Shown here: piece after piece, positions 33,743 to 46,684 of the stretch | How the letters are laid out: every line of letters starts with the position of its first letter | How positions within the stretch are numbered: position 1 is the first letter of the stretch | Assembly: GCA_001949185.1 (NCBI GenBank) | Contig: BDGG01000001.1 | Coordinates: forward strand, 4,515,624-4,579,623 | Direction of reading: 5' to 3' | Source: Ramazzottius varieornatus | Taxonomy: Eukaryota; Animalia; Tardigrada | DNA: 64,000 nt | The notes under the pieces: model-generated | The model's input: only the letters and a program-made list of their open reading frames with translations | Database searches by the model: none | What the model was told of the DNA's origin: nothing | Made by a program: the position numbers and the translations under genes

Positions 33743-35514
33743 TCCGCTTTTTTTCCAGGTCGTCAATGCGATAACCCCATTCTTCCGCTGATTAGCTTCA
33801 TAAGAGGCGAAATTGAACTTTCACGCCTGAGTTCATCGATGAGCTCGGCGAATTCGAGAAAGAAATGCGAGTGCCACTTTTGGAGTGGAGCAAAAAAGAA
33901 CCGAAGATTTAGGTAACATTGGATGCTGATTATGGCTAATAGCGATTACACCAGGATAAAGTGCGCGGGAATAAAAGGAGAGCTGATATAACGGGAGAGT
34001 TTGTGTAGGAGAAGCTAATAGAGTATAACAGCAAAGCGCTCGAGAAAGCAAACGATCTGTGGGCGATCAAATCAGTGTGGAGCGTGCTTTGGCAAATATC
34101 GACTTTGGCAAATGGGATGTTAAGTCACCGATCATCTCCTTTTAGTGTTAACGTGCACGGATTTGTTGGCTTCGTAAAAAAACATCGAGCGCCCCGAGGA
34201 GGGACGGTACGTGGGCGGGAAAGGGGGAAGGGCCTGCAGGGAATAGTAATGGCTCATGCGCGCGAGCTCTCCGTTATTTGTACACAGTCTATTCAACTTT
34301 ATCAGAAGCCAACCTCAGCTTTGATGAGGCTCTTTAGACGACACGCCATGTGTGAATTCAGAGAACCAGATTCACCATTAAGCAAGAAGAAAGAACATCG
34401 CAGCGTGTACGCCATGCACCGACATCACGTTCGTTTACTCTTACGGCTATTGTAATGGTATCATTTCAGGCGTGGTAACCCAGTCTCCGGCTATTGAAAC
34501 CATCGTGCACCCTTCACTTCAAAATAACAAGATGAGCCAAATTGTTTACGGCACAGTATCAACGCAATGCTCGCCGGAGAACCCTTGACAGGTTGAGAAA
34601 GTGAGGAACTTGGGGACGACGAGAAGGTCCCCCGAGATTGCGGAATCAGAGTGGAAATATAAGTTTGTGTCGGCACAGTGATCGATCACGGTCATTGGTG
34701 ATACCGTGACCAAGAACATCTACATGCATTGCAGGTCAACGGGGTCACGCACTTTTGAGAAAATAGGGGGGATGCGTGGAGCGCAAGCAGGATGATCATG
34801 GAGAGAATTTATGCAACACTTCCTTCCGGTATTCTGCAGTGCGCGCCGGCGGACACTGTATGTATGCACGGCACGGCACCACTGTCTCGCTCCCATAAGC
34901 GTTCCTTTCAACCTGGCAATCGATCGGACGAAAAAATTGGGTTGTACGTGACAACGTGCCAGTAGGTGACCGCTCGTTGCACTCAATTCTTCGCACTTTC
35001 ATCCTATCCCCGCCACAATGCGTTCCGCTTGCCAGAATCGGAAACAGGCACTCGGATTTCAGTTCTTGGCTGCAGTTCTGGTCCCATACTGCAGCCAGTG
35101 GGAGGGACGAATGGCGTAACGAACGTAATGATTTCCTACAAGGGTTTCCCATCCGGTGAAGCGCAGAAATTCCTCCCAGCATGAACGCACTGTACGACAA
35201 CGCGGTCCTGGATTCGGCCTTTTGTTCCATGCCCGTGCTTCAAAAGTTCCGGATTCCTGTTAGGTAACAGTGCCATAAACTTCTTAAAAACTTAGCCTAG
35301 GACTCGTTGCGGCACACGATCATGCATTTAGCCTGTGTTTACTGCCTATAAACCTGCCCTCGCCTTCTGGCGAGGTCTGCCGTCAGAAGCCAATCACCGT
35401 GTTTGAGAATTCAGAAATGAGCTGTTCAAAAGACAATCTTACAATGGAACAAGACAGTGCCGCAAGAGATGCTAGTATCAGAAGAACGGAGTCTTTAAAA
35501 ATTAGGGGGAAAAA

Positions 35515-37420
35515 TCAATCGTGTACACGCGAGGTTATTCTGGGTTTTGTGTGAGGATGGTTCACCGACAAGGCCGTTGCGGAGGTACGGTGGTTTGGAC
35601 ACTTCAGCTGTTGGAGACTTTTCTCAGCTAGCCTAAAGTCTTTACTGTTCAGTCCGCTGAACCACGGCAGGATCGTACGAATGGCGAGCTGGGGCAAGGT
35701 GGACTTTCTGCTGTGAGATGGCGCAAACACGCCCAGTACCAAGTACAACTGGTTCTTCAGCTCAATCTTCTGCCCGCAGAAGTATCGGCAATCGTAAGAC
35801 ACTTGGTTCGGTTCGAAGAAGAAATCGACGCTCCTGGCATTGCGCATCTGTTCATCCAAGGTATGGTTGAGCCGTGCCGAAGGGACCTTGAGGAACTTTG
35901 GACGTTTAGCCAAAAAGACTGACCGACGAGTTTTCCTTCGGAATCTAACTTTGGCAACTACAGAAGTAAAAAATCATAGTAGATTGTCCCGACTTCTTTT
36001 CAGACAACTTGTTTCTTACCGAAAGCAGACTGGCAAACGGCCTCATCCAACTGGTCTATTGGTTTCACAAAGTCACAGACTGGACAGGTCTCCCCGACGT
36101 CCAAAGCCACAAGCTGGGAGGTTGCTGTAGGTGGCGTGCTGGTTGACGTCATCGCGGTCATGGTAGAGGGCGTCGTTGTCGTCGTTGATGTGGTAGTTGT
36201 CGAGGTGGTCGTGGAAGGTTCGGCGATTGTGGTCGTCGTCGTCGTCGTTGTCTTCACTGAAACAAAACGAAAATTTGAATATTTATAGTCCATTCGAAAA
36301 AAAATTCATACATGGTTTGTTCCAACTGGACGGGTGTTACAGTGCGCCTAGGGATTACATGCAACAGCGCAGGCGGAAGCCATGCATGAAATTACACAGG
36401 AAGTAATCTTACTTGTTCTAAAGGAAATTGGTGTTAGATGAACCGAAGGCGGTCTGCGTGTTCGTAGATACACCGGTCGACTGGTGGTGGTTCTCCTGAA
36501 TGTCGTCGACATCGTTGTAGTTGTAGTCGTCGTTGTAGTAGAAGGCCTTTCCTCCGACGGATTAGGCGAAATGCACATGTCGTTATCGACGGGAAATTTC
36601 GAGCAGGAAAGCATATCGGGCCACGGGAAACCGTGCTTTGACATGACTACCATGGAAAAAAACCAATAAACAGAAGATAAAGGTATGAGTAATAAAAAGC
36701 AAAATATGCTAGCTGGCAAATGATTTTTATCTTTACGGTTGGGAGGCCGGCAAACCACTCGGATGATCGTTGTCGCAAGTGGCGCACGTGTCGGGCGAAT
36801 AACTGCAGAACTGCGCCACTTGAAACGACAATTATCTCGACGTCGTTTACCTGTCCTTAAATTTATTAGGCGAACGAAAACATACCGCCTTGACAGCCTT
36901 GTTTAACTGCTTCACAAAGAGATCGGCAAGGGTATATGACAGGTCCAGCTGCGAAGAAAGCTTGATCAGACTGCATCAGGTCTTCCGCCGTGTTTGATTG
37001 TGGCTGCTGCATTGGACATATTGGAGCAAACAAAGAACACAAAAACAGCCGCGTATGCTGATGACATTTGATATTCGCCAAGGGCATCCACGTTTGGGAT
37101 TGCTCGTTGGCTTCTCGGAGTGTCTCATGCTGCATCAAATTAGGCAACAGCATTCGACTGTAACCGATTCCATGACACAATGACATATTCTGTGGAATAT
37201 CCACACATTTCTGCTGACTTCCGGGATGATTAACTGGAAGGATCACGGCGGAACCCGCGTTGTTGAAGTCAAAATTTCTCTCGTCGGCTTGAAGGTAACT
37301 TCCCTCAGAGAAAAAATTCGATTCTCGATCAAAGCGATCAAAATCCTCAATGTGATGCTTGGTACTGTCAACCCTGCAAAATACTGGAAGGAAAAGACAA
37401 ACTAAAAAAATTGGACGCAT
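35515..37420 (-). CDS. SFRP: Secreted frizzled-related protein (sFRP1/2/5 type): signal peptide, Frizzled CRD, Thr-rich linker, netrin-like domain; about 4 exons
   Basis: MRPIFLVCLFLPVFC signal peptide; CVDIPQNMSLCHGIGYSRMLLPNL..LFLCSLFAPIC..IYPCRSLCEAVKQGC..GFPWPDMLSCSKFPVDNDMCI; NTR-like CPVC..CQSAF..YLVLG..C. No 7TM region follows. Confidence 0.9.
36760..36842. repeat. GTGGCGCAC palindromic dispersed repeat copy (sFRP intron)
   Basis: AAGTGGCGCACG (core at 36779), 22 nt, CTGCGCCACTTGAAACGACAAT. Confidence 0.75.
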
Positions 37421-38912
37421 GATTTTGCCGGCGAATTTCACTGACGATCAAACGGCGTGGAAGACTGCCATGTAACAGTACAAAAGTGGACGCTTTGTCA
37501 CGCTTGACTGCCAGTCCAAGTGGTGAGGAGGAAGGGAGTCTGGCATATGCATATGGGAGAAATCATCAGAAGAAATATTGATCGATATGGGACGAGCGTC
37601 GTTCCTTTCGTGGAGGAGAGTCACGACTTGGTCACGACGCGCTACTGTTGACAGACACAATATACGTGACCCGCTGGAATGGAATGATCGAAACATATTG
37701 TGCTGATTGACTGTTTGCTTTTAGGGAATTGGCAAGATATAAATTATGTACTGGACCAGAGCACAGAGAGGGCGGGAAGGAGGAAGGAAGGTTAATGGAG
37801 GGGGCTTGAGAGAATGACAGGAGCTCGGGCTGTAAACTGATTGTTTCTCTGTACGGGGTAATCTCCTTTGGTCCCAAAGAAGATGGATCTAGAAGCTCTA
37901 AAAGAGACCGACCAGATAAACTTGCCTAATTCCCTCCGTTCACTCTTTAGCAGCTTATAGGGCCGAATAGACCTTTTGGGTGTCCCGCAGAGAGCGGAAA
38001 ACGAGAAGGGCCGCTTAATCTTCAACGGCATGCATCCAGCATATAATTGAACCATTTTCCTTCTTGCGCTTCCTTGTGAAAGCTTATGGCGGCGCGTATA
38101 CACTGTAAGATATAGCACAAATGGTGATTTGATTCTCTCAGAAACACAGCAGCTGGTCATATCCAAAAGGCATAAGCATTCAAGATTAAATACTCTTGAG
38201 CAAGCAAACGCCGACGTGCAGGACGACGTCCCGAGGAGAATCGGCAACAACTGATCTTATTTCTTTCTCATCAAACGGCCATAAGGATGGCTTGAAACAA
38301 GGAAAATAGGATTTATCAAGATGGATGGATGATTACACGCGGTGGCAAAATCGACAGCAGCAGTTATCTTTTTTATTGCAGATGCGCATGCGATGCTATC
38401 AAAAATGCTGATCAATCTGACACTGTACGGTGTACAAATGCAAAGCTATGCTGCAATAAGGCAAAAACTACGACACGTTTTGTACACAGATAAATTTTGT
38501 CAAATGAGGTCTCGGAAGGTTGGTTGTGGCAGCTCTTTTCGACTTCTTCGGCCAAAAGTCCTGTCCGCAATCGTGGTCCGGGTGGACAGAGTTTCGCAGA
38601 CCCAGGAGCGGGTACATACCAAGCGAAGCGTTATTGCGATGCTTACGACGACTTTTTTATTATCCGAACGATGAAGTTGTCAATAGTGAACTGAAGATAC
38701 CTTGAACTGCCTGGTTACGCAGACTTGACGAAAAATTATTTTGTCCTTGTCCAGTCATGTTCAGTGGACATGCGGATCTCGCTGACATCATGGAGCTTTA
38801 TTGCAACTTTGAATTAGATTTAGCACGACTTTTTTCGGGCAGGCATACAAAACAAGGTAATCTAGTTTCAGACCAGGCACAAGCCATTCTGCACATGCTA
38901 ATAGTTAGCCAG

Positions 38913-41900
38913 TTAGAACTCCTGGGACTGCTGTACCACGGTGGGCCCGACAGTGGCGCCATCGTGGTCCTTGTGTTTAGAAAACCTTGAGCGTAACCTT
39001 TTTTTCCAGGACAGTTGGCCCGCTTTGTTACCTGTAGTAGACAGAAGGAAGACAAGCGAATTATGGAGGACTGTATCGTCATGCATAACACCCAACGGTG
39101 GTGTAATACCACCGGCTATGAACGCACTGCCTGTGGATCTTGAAGCGGAAGGCTCTCGCGAACCCGGTGCCGACTTTGAGCGCTTATTGTTACTCCGTGA
39201 ACTCCGGTCCTTTCTCCGACTTCGACTGTTCTCGAGATCGACTGCCAGAAGAACTTCCTGATCCGAGTCCATTGGATCGGTCATGCGGTCGTTCTTTCCA
39301 CGCTCCCATTTGGTCACTACTGAGCTAAACTCTTCTTTGGCCACTTCCGGCTCCAGGCTTTTGGTTCGCTTCCCAAAGCTAAACCTCCTCTTCATGCGGC
39401 CAAGGAAGGAAGACTTTCTGTCCGAGCTCTTTGACCGCACACCTGTACACAGCAGACAATAGGTCAGATGGCAAACCTCAAAGTCACGAAGGCGAGTCGA
39501 TCGCATACCTTTCGCTGTTTCGGCGTCGCTAAGGTTTCCGTCCGTGACGCTCTGCAATACAGACAATTCGTACGATCAGAAGGCCGACCTGTAAGATATT
39601 TCAGACGTTGTAAAAGACTTAAAGGGGTCGAAACATGGCATGCAGAAGGCAGTAGTCAAATCACAACATTGTCGAAGTACAGTCTCTTGGTTAGGACAAT
39701 GATGCATGCACGAACCTTAGGTACTGACAGGAGAGTCTATTGGGTCAAAGAAATCCAAGGTTAGGTGGTATGAATAGAAGGAAAGCGAGCACGAGGTACA
39801 TGGAGTCATGGATAGATCCAGCAATATCTGATTACCAGTTTTCTCTTGGAAGCTTTCTGTTTTCCCATTGATGGAAGTGTGGCGTAACCTCTGGGTATTT
39901 CTTCGCTGTAGGATTTCTGAATAGACGGCGTCTTGGTATTGCTGGTCTGCGTCAGCGTCTCGGTCGTCGGCGCGTTGGAATTCACTGCAAACATATGACT
40001 GCAATATAATCTCCATCATTCCGACCTATTTTCTGGTTAAAGCTGATCTGTCGTTTTCGCATACGTACCATAAACATGACTGTTGCGAGCAGGTCCATTA
40101 GCTGGACTGCTCTGACGTAATTGCGAGGTTAAATCTAGGGCTTGGGTGGAAAGTGGCTTTCCTCCGGATAACACAGTAAACTAGAAGCAGAGGAGAAGAG
40201 TTGTGGTGAACAGCTCAAGTGACGAGTGTATCGTGTTGATAGGAGAGGAGAAGAAACACCTCCAGGGTTATCGTGCCGGATACAGAATCGTCCATCAGAG
40301 GCCTTGACTGTAAGGCAATCGCTTGGCGCTGGCTAGGGTTCTTCGATAGCTCGTGAAGGCTAACGATGGCCGTCCCCAGGAAATTCCCTAAAAGGGGATG
40401 AACGGACCTGCATCGTCAAACCGGAATGTTTCTGGAGGATAGAGAAAACTTACTTCTCTGAGGCTTCGTCCTGTCGTAGAGCTCGAACAGAATTTCCGAA
40501 GAATCTCCGGAGATATCACTACAACCAGCACGGCATGTTCGGATATTTTTCGTATACGCACCTTCTGAGTTACATACATTCCCTCTTTTTCCATTTCGTT
40601 TCGCACTCAAGCATGTAGAATGTACTTACAACAAGAAGGTTTCCTCCCAGGCCGGATGCGCGCCGTTGTTTTTAACAACCGACGATGTGTGCTTCTGTGG
40701 AGGTTCGTCCATCTCGATGACACAGTACGGTTCAACGCCACCTGACGGAACCGGAGTGTCTTTGTTACGAAAAGGCAAGGCCTAAGATTGCTGATCGAGT
40801 TCCTTACTTGAGCCGTTGTTTCCCAAGTCATCTGCTCGGATGACTTTGACTATCACTTGATGATCACCAGAACCGAATGGCACGGAGGGAGTCGATACAT
40901 TGGGGTCCGCAATGGTCGAGAAAGTAAATTGGGTCTGTAAATGAAAGGAAGGTCGGAGATGATGTATGGTTTCAGGTCTCTTCGGGGACCCATGTGCGTT
41001 CGTTATGTAACGAGGCCGGAAACGTAGCGTGTGAGCGGTTGAAACGTGTGCGTACCTGGGAAGGCGTACTGCTCGCTGTGGGAGACGACGGCTTGGAAGG
41101 AGGACGGAGCCATGGAGGAAAGGGAAAATCACGGAAGCGGGCTAATTTAATTGTTGTCACTGCATTCTGGATGCATTTCTTGATGGCATCTCGAAGTAAG
41201 GCTTGATCATTCTCCGTGCTCGGCGTGGTAAAAGCCACCTACAAAGCAAATCAATCCTGGTGAAAAAATATTATTGTAAATTGTAGATCATGCATGAACT
41301 GTACCATATTTTTGCTACATAATTTTTAGACGTGTCGTGAAATAATGTTTACATGCAAAATATTTTTGAATTCTGGACTAAGTGAGACATTGCTATAAGC
41401 AAACAGACCCGTTAAGATTGTTTCGCGAAGTGGTACAGAGTTTCCAGCCAATCACAGTGAGAACATGCGCCACTTCGAATAACAATCTTGTCGAGTTTGT
41501 TTTCCCAGCTTCCAAATTATCAGCACGTGCCCACACTTTAGAAATCGGGGTTAGAAAAATTACCGGTGAACTTGGGAAGTTCACCAGAAGGTCGCGAGGG
41601 TTTTTCTCGAACTCCGCCGTCATGATAAGATCATTTTGCGGTGACGGATGGATTAGAAGCCGAAGGATGAAGCATCGGTTATTGGGAGTGTCTCCCGTGA
41701 GTTCGGGCTGCATGGTTTGGACTTGGCGCATGTCGTTGATGTTGAGGAAGCGCACTTCTTCTGGCACATGCTCAATCTCCACGTCGTAGTCTTCGGTACT
41801 GACAACCCCACGCTCGCTGGTCACGGTCGATAATGCGTGGAATCCCAAGTGGACGATCTCCACTGAACAGAAAATGCTCTGATGTGATAGAAAAGAGACA

Positions 41901-44289
41901 GTGTTCTAAAAGAGGCCTATAATCGGATAAAGGAGCACTTTAGGGCACGGAACGTTCAACTCACCAGTTGCTCTTCAGCCGACAACTCGGCGCGCACGTC
42001 GCCGATCCTCGGTGCGCAGCTCCCGACCAGGAATCGATCGAATGTGACCAACAGTCCCATCTGCAATTATACGAAAAAAATAAGGATAATTGCAAAGGTA
42101 AATCCAACGCGTTCGCAATCAATAACCCTTGGCAATCTGACAGAGAAGAAATGAAAAACCACACAGAGACTTCCCGTGCGACCGGCTTACTGCACCTGCT
42201 ATTGGCAACCGAAGGCTTTGAAATCACAGAATGGTCGGCCAAAACTGAGCACCGCATTTACAGGCTGCACCAGTTTAACATTGTGACATTCTGAAAAGCA
42301 GATGTCATTGGACGGGAAGACTTTTGAAAACTGAAATGCGTCTACCGTGGAGCTCTACTGCCGTGGAGTACGGCCGTTTATAATTGTTGCAGTGCCAATA
42401 ACAAGGGGAGAATTTGTGGCGAACCGTCAAAGTGATCTGAGCCATTGTGAGGTACCCACGTACTCGTACGAACCAGCTTTCAAGATCGTTAGAATTCAAC
42501 CGTGCACATATCACACTACATAAATATATCGCCAATTATAGATTTGTCAAAATGTCGAATCAGATACTGCCGCCAAGGGATCGTTCAGTCAGCGACTCAC
42601 GTCAAAGATCCTCGTCTTGATGGCCACCACGAGGCCTCGAGAGCCTTTGGAAACTGTCGACCGTTTGCTCATAAACCCCATTTCCCATAACTTTTTGGTG
42701 CCGAATTTCCTGACACTATAACGACGGATGATGAGACCGTATCCCGTACCTAGCCTACAGATTAATCTCATAAAAGATAGCATAAATCTTTGATAAAAAT
42801 AAATCGACCTGGTACCGATTACAGTACTGTAGTGTTGCATGAACATCGTGAAATACGTCATATACGCGCGAGAAATCCCTTAGGGTAAAAGTTTTGGATT
42901 TTTAGTAGGGTAAAATTTTTGGACCGGGCTTCAACTGCACGCGTATGATGACAGACTTCGCGAAGTTCATGAGCATATTACAGTACGAAATCGCTGCCGG
43001 GCCACATAATTAAACGGTAACAGTAGCACTAATTCATAGGTATAGGGTTTTTTTTCGCGGAAATAAACAGTCTATTAAGAGTACACGCTTAACTGGGTTT
43101 GTCATCGGTAACGACCGGCTTCCCATCGATCGGCCCATAATCCATAACATCCCGATGACAGACCGCACTTTAGCAGGGGGGAAAGACATAAAGTACGTAG
43201 CGCTTGCTTATCTTAACCCGGATGTGCAGGTACACTTATTTCCTGCAGGTCGTGTTTAGCGGAAGGACCAACCTCGAATATCTTGAAATCGGCAATTTTA
43301 GTACAATCCAGACTGATGCCTGATTATTAGATGAATTAGCTGGTAGTTACCCAGGCAGTAAAGCAAAGTATGAACATTTAACTAGCAAGTCTAACATTGG
43401 CTCCTGGATCAACACGCCAATCTAGGGCTTGGGTGCGCGACCTCACAACCTCACAAAGACCTGCACTCCAATGCGAGAGTCCACGAATAATAAGCCAGGA
43501 CTCTCGACGTTTACACGAGCTTGATCGATGTATGCTTCCTTTTGCAAGCAGACACTCAGCGACAAGCAATAGAAAATGGCACGCTATTGTTCCGCTGACT
43601 AAGATGAGGATAAGATCGAAACAGAGCGTATTTGGAATATGGAAGTACCATGTAAAAAATTGTAGAGAATGCGATGACAGTTAAATTACCTGTTGGGCAT
43701 TTCTTTTGGCGTATTCGTTCAAGGCTGAGAGCCAAATATCGGCGAACTCTGGTGTTGTGTTGTAACGATGATATAGCCAGTTGAGGACGGCATTGACCCA
43801 GTCGGATCCTTCCTGGCTGTAGTTGATCAGCTTGACACGTGCTTGCAACGTTTCCGATGGCTGATTGTTGGCCGAGCCATCGATGGCGGCTCCTGTCGGC
43901 GCCGCGGCAAAGGAAGCTACCGGTGTGAAGAAGCGATTCTCCTTTGTGAGCACTTCATTCGACGTCCCCTCGTTCAGGTTTCTCGGCCCATTAAAAGAGG
44001 CAGAAGACGGAAGCGGCTGATAAGGCAAAGCAGGATTCCTGGCCGGTAAAACTTCCGGTTGACCAAACAGGGCGGCAAAAATGGCCTGAATATGATCGAT
44101 GGCGAAGTAGACCACACCGGCCAGAAGAATCCAGGCTAGCAATAGTAATCCCAGAGGGTCCATGCGTGCCTCGTCCCAGAACCATTCGGGATCGACGACG
44201 GAGCTGTACGCACCATAAAGCGTCTCGTACCAACTGACAGCACTTTCCCGCAGCCGGTACCACACTAATTCGACCACCAGATCCACCAT
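38913..44289 (-). CDS. C2CD2/C2CD2L (TMEM24)-like lipid-transfer protein: N-terminal TM, SMP-like domain, C2 domain, basic C-terminus; multi-exon
   Basis: TM LGLLLLAWILLAGVVYFA; EGSDWVNAVLNWLY..WLSALN (SMP start); C2 elements VIVKVIRADDL, EILFELYDR, FLGTAIVSLHEL..ALQSRP..SGTITLE; polybasic KSSFLGRMKRRFSFGKR. The C-terminal end is uncertain. Confidence 0.75.
41401..41502. repeat. GTGGCGCAC palindromic dispersed repeat copy (C2CD2L-like intron)
   Basis: AAACAGACCC..AAGATTGTTTCGCGAAGTGG pairs with CCACTTCGAATAACAATCTTGTCGAGTTTGTTT. Confidence 0.75.
42824..42986. mobile_element. MITE-like element, copy 2 of the family at 4-152
   Basis: GTACTGTA...TACAGTAC termini, CATGAAC/GTTCATG inner arms, shared internal motifs with 4-152. 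TA-flanked. Confidence 0.72.
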
Positions 44290-46684
44290 CGTATAACGTT
44301 GATCTGTTCACTGTTGATTTAGTGGCCCGGCTCCTTCGTTGACATAAGCGGCGCACGCGTACGTGCAGCTGCACCAATCAGCATAAAAATCGAGCTCCCC
44401 AACGTATTTATAGAATGATGATAGTCCCTAACAAAGTCAGGCATTACGCCACACTGCCAGCAGCAATTTCACACCGTGTAATATGGGCAGTGAAGAGAAA
44501 ATGAAGAATGAGTACTACAGTGGGTGTCACATCCAATCAAGAGGATCCAGGCGGGTTCCCTGACTTCGCTCTTCTCCTCTCTTTCGCTCTGACGCTTCAG
44601 CACGCGGTCCTTCAATCTCACACAGGAAATGAATGATATCAGCGCTTTTTACAAACCCAATCAGCCACGTCATACAGACATCCTTGAAAGATCTGCATCG
44701 GGGAACCTCTAGACAGACAGGCGCAGATTTAGATCGGTGACTCTTTGGGTTTTTTCTCGTCTCGTCTGGCAATGTTTACCCTGAGCAAGCAGGCAACGTG
44801 CGAAAACGCACGACTATCGAGCTGAGTTTCTCAGCACGCAGTCTTCAAACTCCTCAGCGTCCGCTCCATCTGGTCCTTCATTTCTTACCCCCTCTGTGAC
44901 AGCAAAATGAAGCAGTAGTTCCACTTGGTTAGACGGGATGCAGCTCACTGGCTGCCCATATGAACTTGCTCACCAGGCTAAAGATAGCAAAAGGGGAAAT
45001 GACAGAAACAAAGCACAGGGAATAATCCAGTGCTGGATGAGAGGGTAAATGATGGGTTCTCGGAATCGAATGACAAGGGAGGAATAATGCAAAAAGAGGA
45101 AATCACACGGATTTTCTTCAAAGTGAAGGCGAAGAGCCCTACATCACCAACCGCTGTGGCACGGTAGTTGTGTAACGGGCAACGAGTCTGTAATGCTGCA
45201 GACAAGTCACCGGAAAATCTTTGCTGAAAGCTAAGAAAGGCCGTGGAGGATCGTTACATGGGCTATTTATAGATCAAGCGCAAAGCCAAAAACCCCGCAT
45301 TGCTTCATTATCAGCTCTGCAAGCAGTGATCCCACGATTCATTGAGATCGCGGTTTGATATGTTGCTACCAATGCATCTCCTTCTTGCTGCACGCCTTCT
45401 TTCCGGTTTTCCTGTCGACCTCCCGGCTTTTCACCATGTGGACTTATCTGTGCGGTTCTAACATGCTGCCAAGTACATCGTGTTCCTCATCTGATCACGT
45501 CGTAGTTCGAAGCGGAAAGCCTGGTCACACCTCATCCCGCCCCAGCCAGTTTACGGGTCCCGCTGAGTCCAAATAAAGTTCGCCGAAAATTCAAAAGTTC
45601 TCTGATTTTTCCAGCGTAAAATGAACGTAAAATTAAAAATCAAAAATTAAAGCACGCTCAGTTTATGTTACGATAACATCATAGAGACGGCGTAAAGGCA
45701 GCGTTTAATTCAAGACAGAAACGTCGTCTGTGAACCCAACGGGAAATTACGGCGACCCGTAAATTTTTTGGGACGGGATAATACATAAGTCTATAACCCA
45801 CATATGGGTCATTTTAATTGAGCGGCATCTTCGAATCTGACAGTTGTTTAGTCCCAGACTAAACTTCACTCGAAGAAAACGTAAATTATTTCAGGGCATC
45901 TGCTTATGCCCACCGAAAGTCGCTGCTCAGCCCTGGTGCCCTGTTGAAAGAGTTCCTCGTGACAAAAGTCGGCTTCACAGATGGCGCTAGTGTCCATGAG
46001 GCTTCACCGTCGCGTACTCTTGTCAGTCGGATGTCCCAACTCGAAAGACGATTCGAGAGACCACCTGCGCCACCTGAACAGGCCCAACTATAACATTGAC
46101 TTTTGGTCCTAGAAATTTTCACTAGCGCTTGAAGAGAGAAAACCGGTTTTGCCGCGGCATCCGGTACTTTTAAGACATGGCGAGACATGAGCTGTTCCCG
46201 TAGCCTGCCTTCAGGGCGGCAGCAGCATAAGGCTCGAATGTTGGACAAGTCGTTGAATAACCGGATTGGCTAGGTGGTGTTGATGATGGCACAGGGCACT
46301 CAAATAAAATGAGACTATAACTGCCGTCTCGATATTTGCCAGCATCATGTACAGATCGAAGAACTTCCGAGATTGGCGGTGGGAAATACGAGAAATACGC
46401 GAACGCGGAAGTCTACTCATTCAAGTATTTTCTGGTCCGAGAACTTGGAGACTTTCACAGGGATGTTAAGAGTTAGTTTCATGCCAAGACCACTAGGAAA
46501 AGAAAACATAAGATACCCCAGATTCACTGGGCCAAAACGACCAGAATTAGTATTGAAACTTGGAATTTTGACTGCGGTAATCCAACTCGTGTTGAAAGGC
46601 TGCAAGTATTGCCAACGGTTATACATCTCGCTTCCCCGATACCCACGAGTCCATGACTGACAAGAAGAACAAACAACCTGTTTC

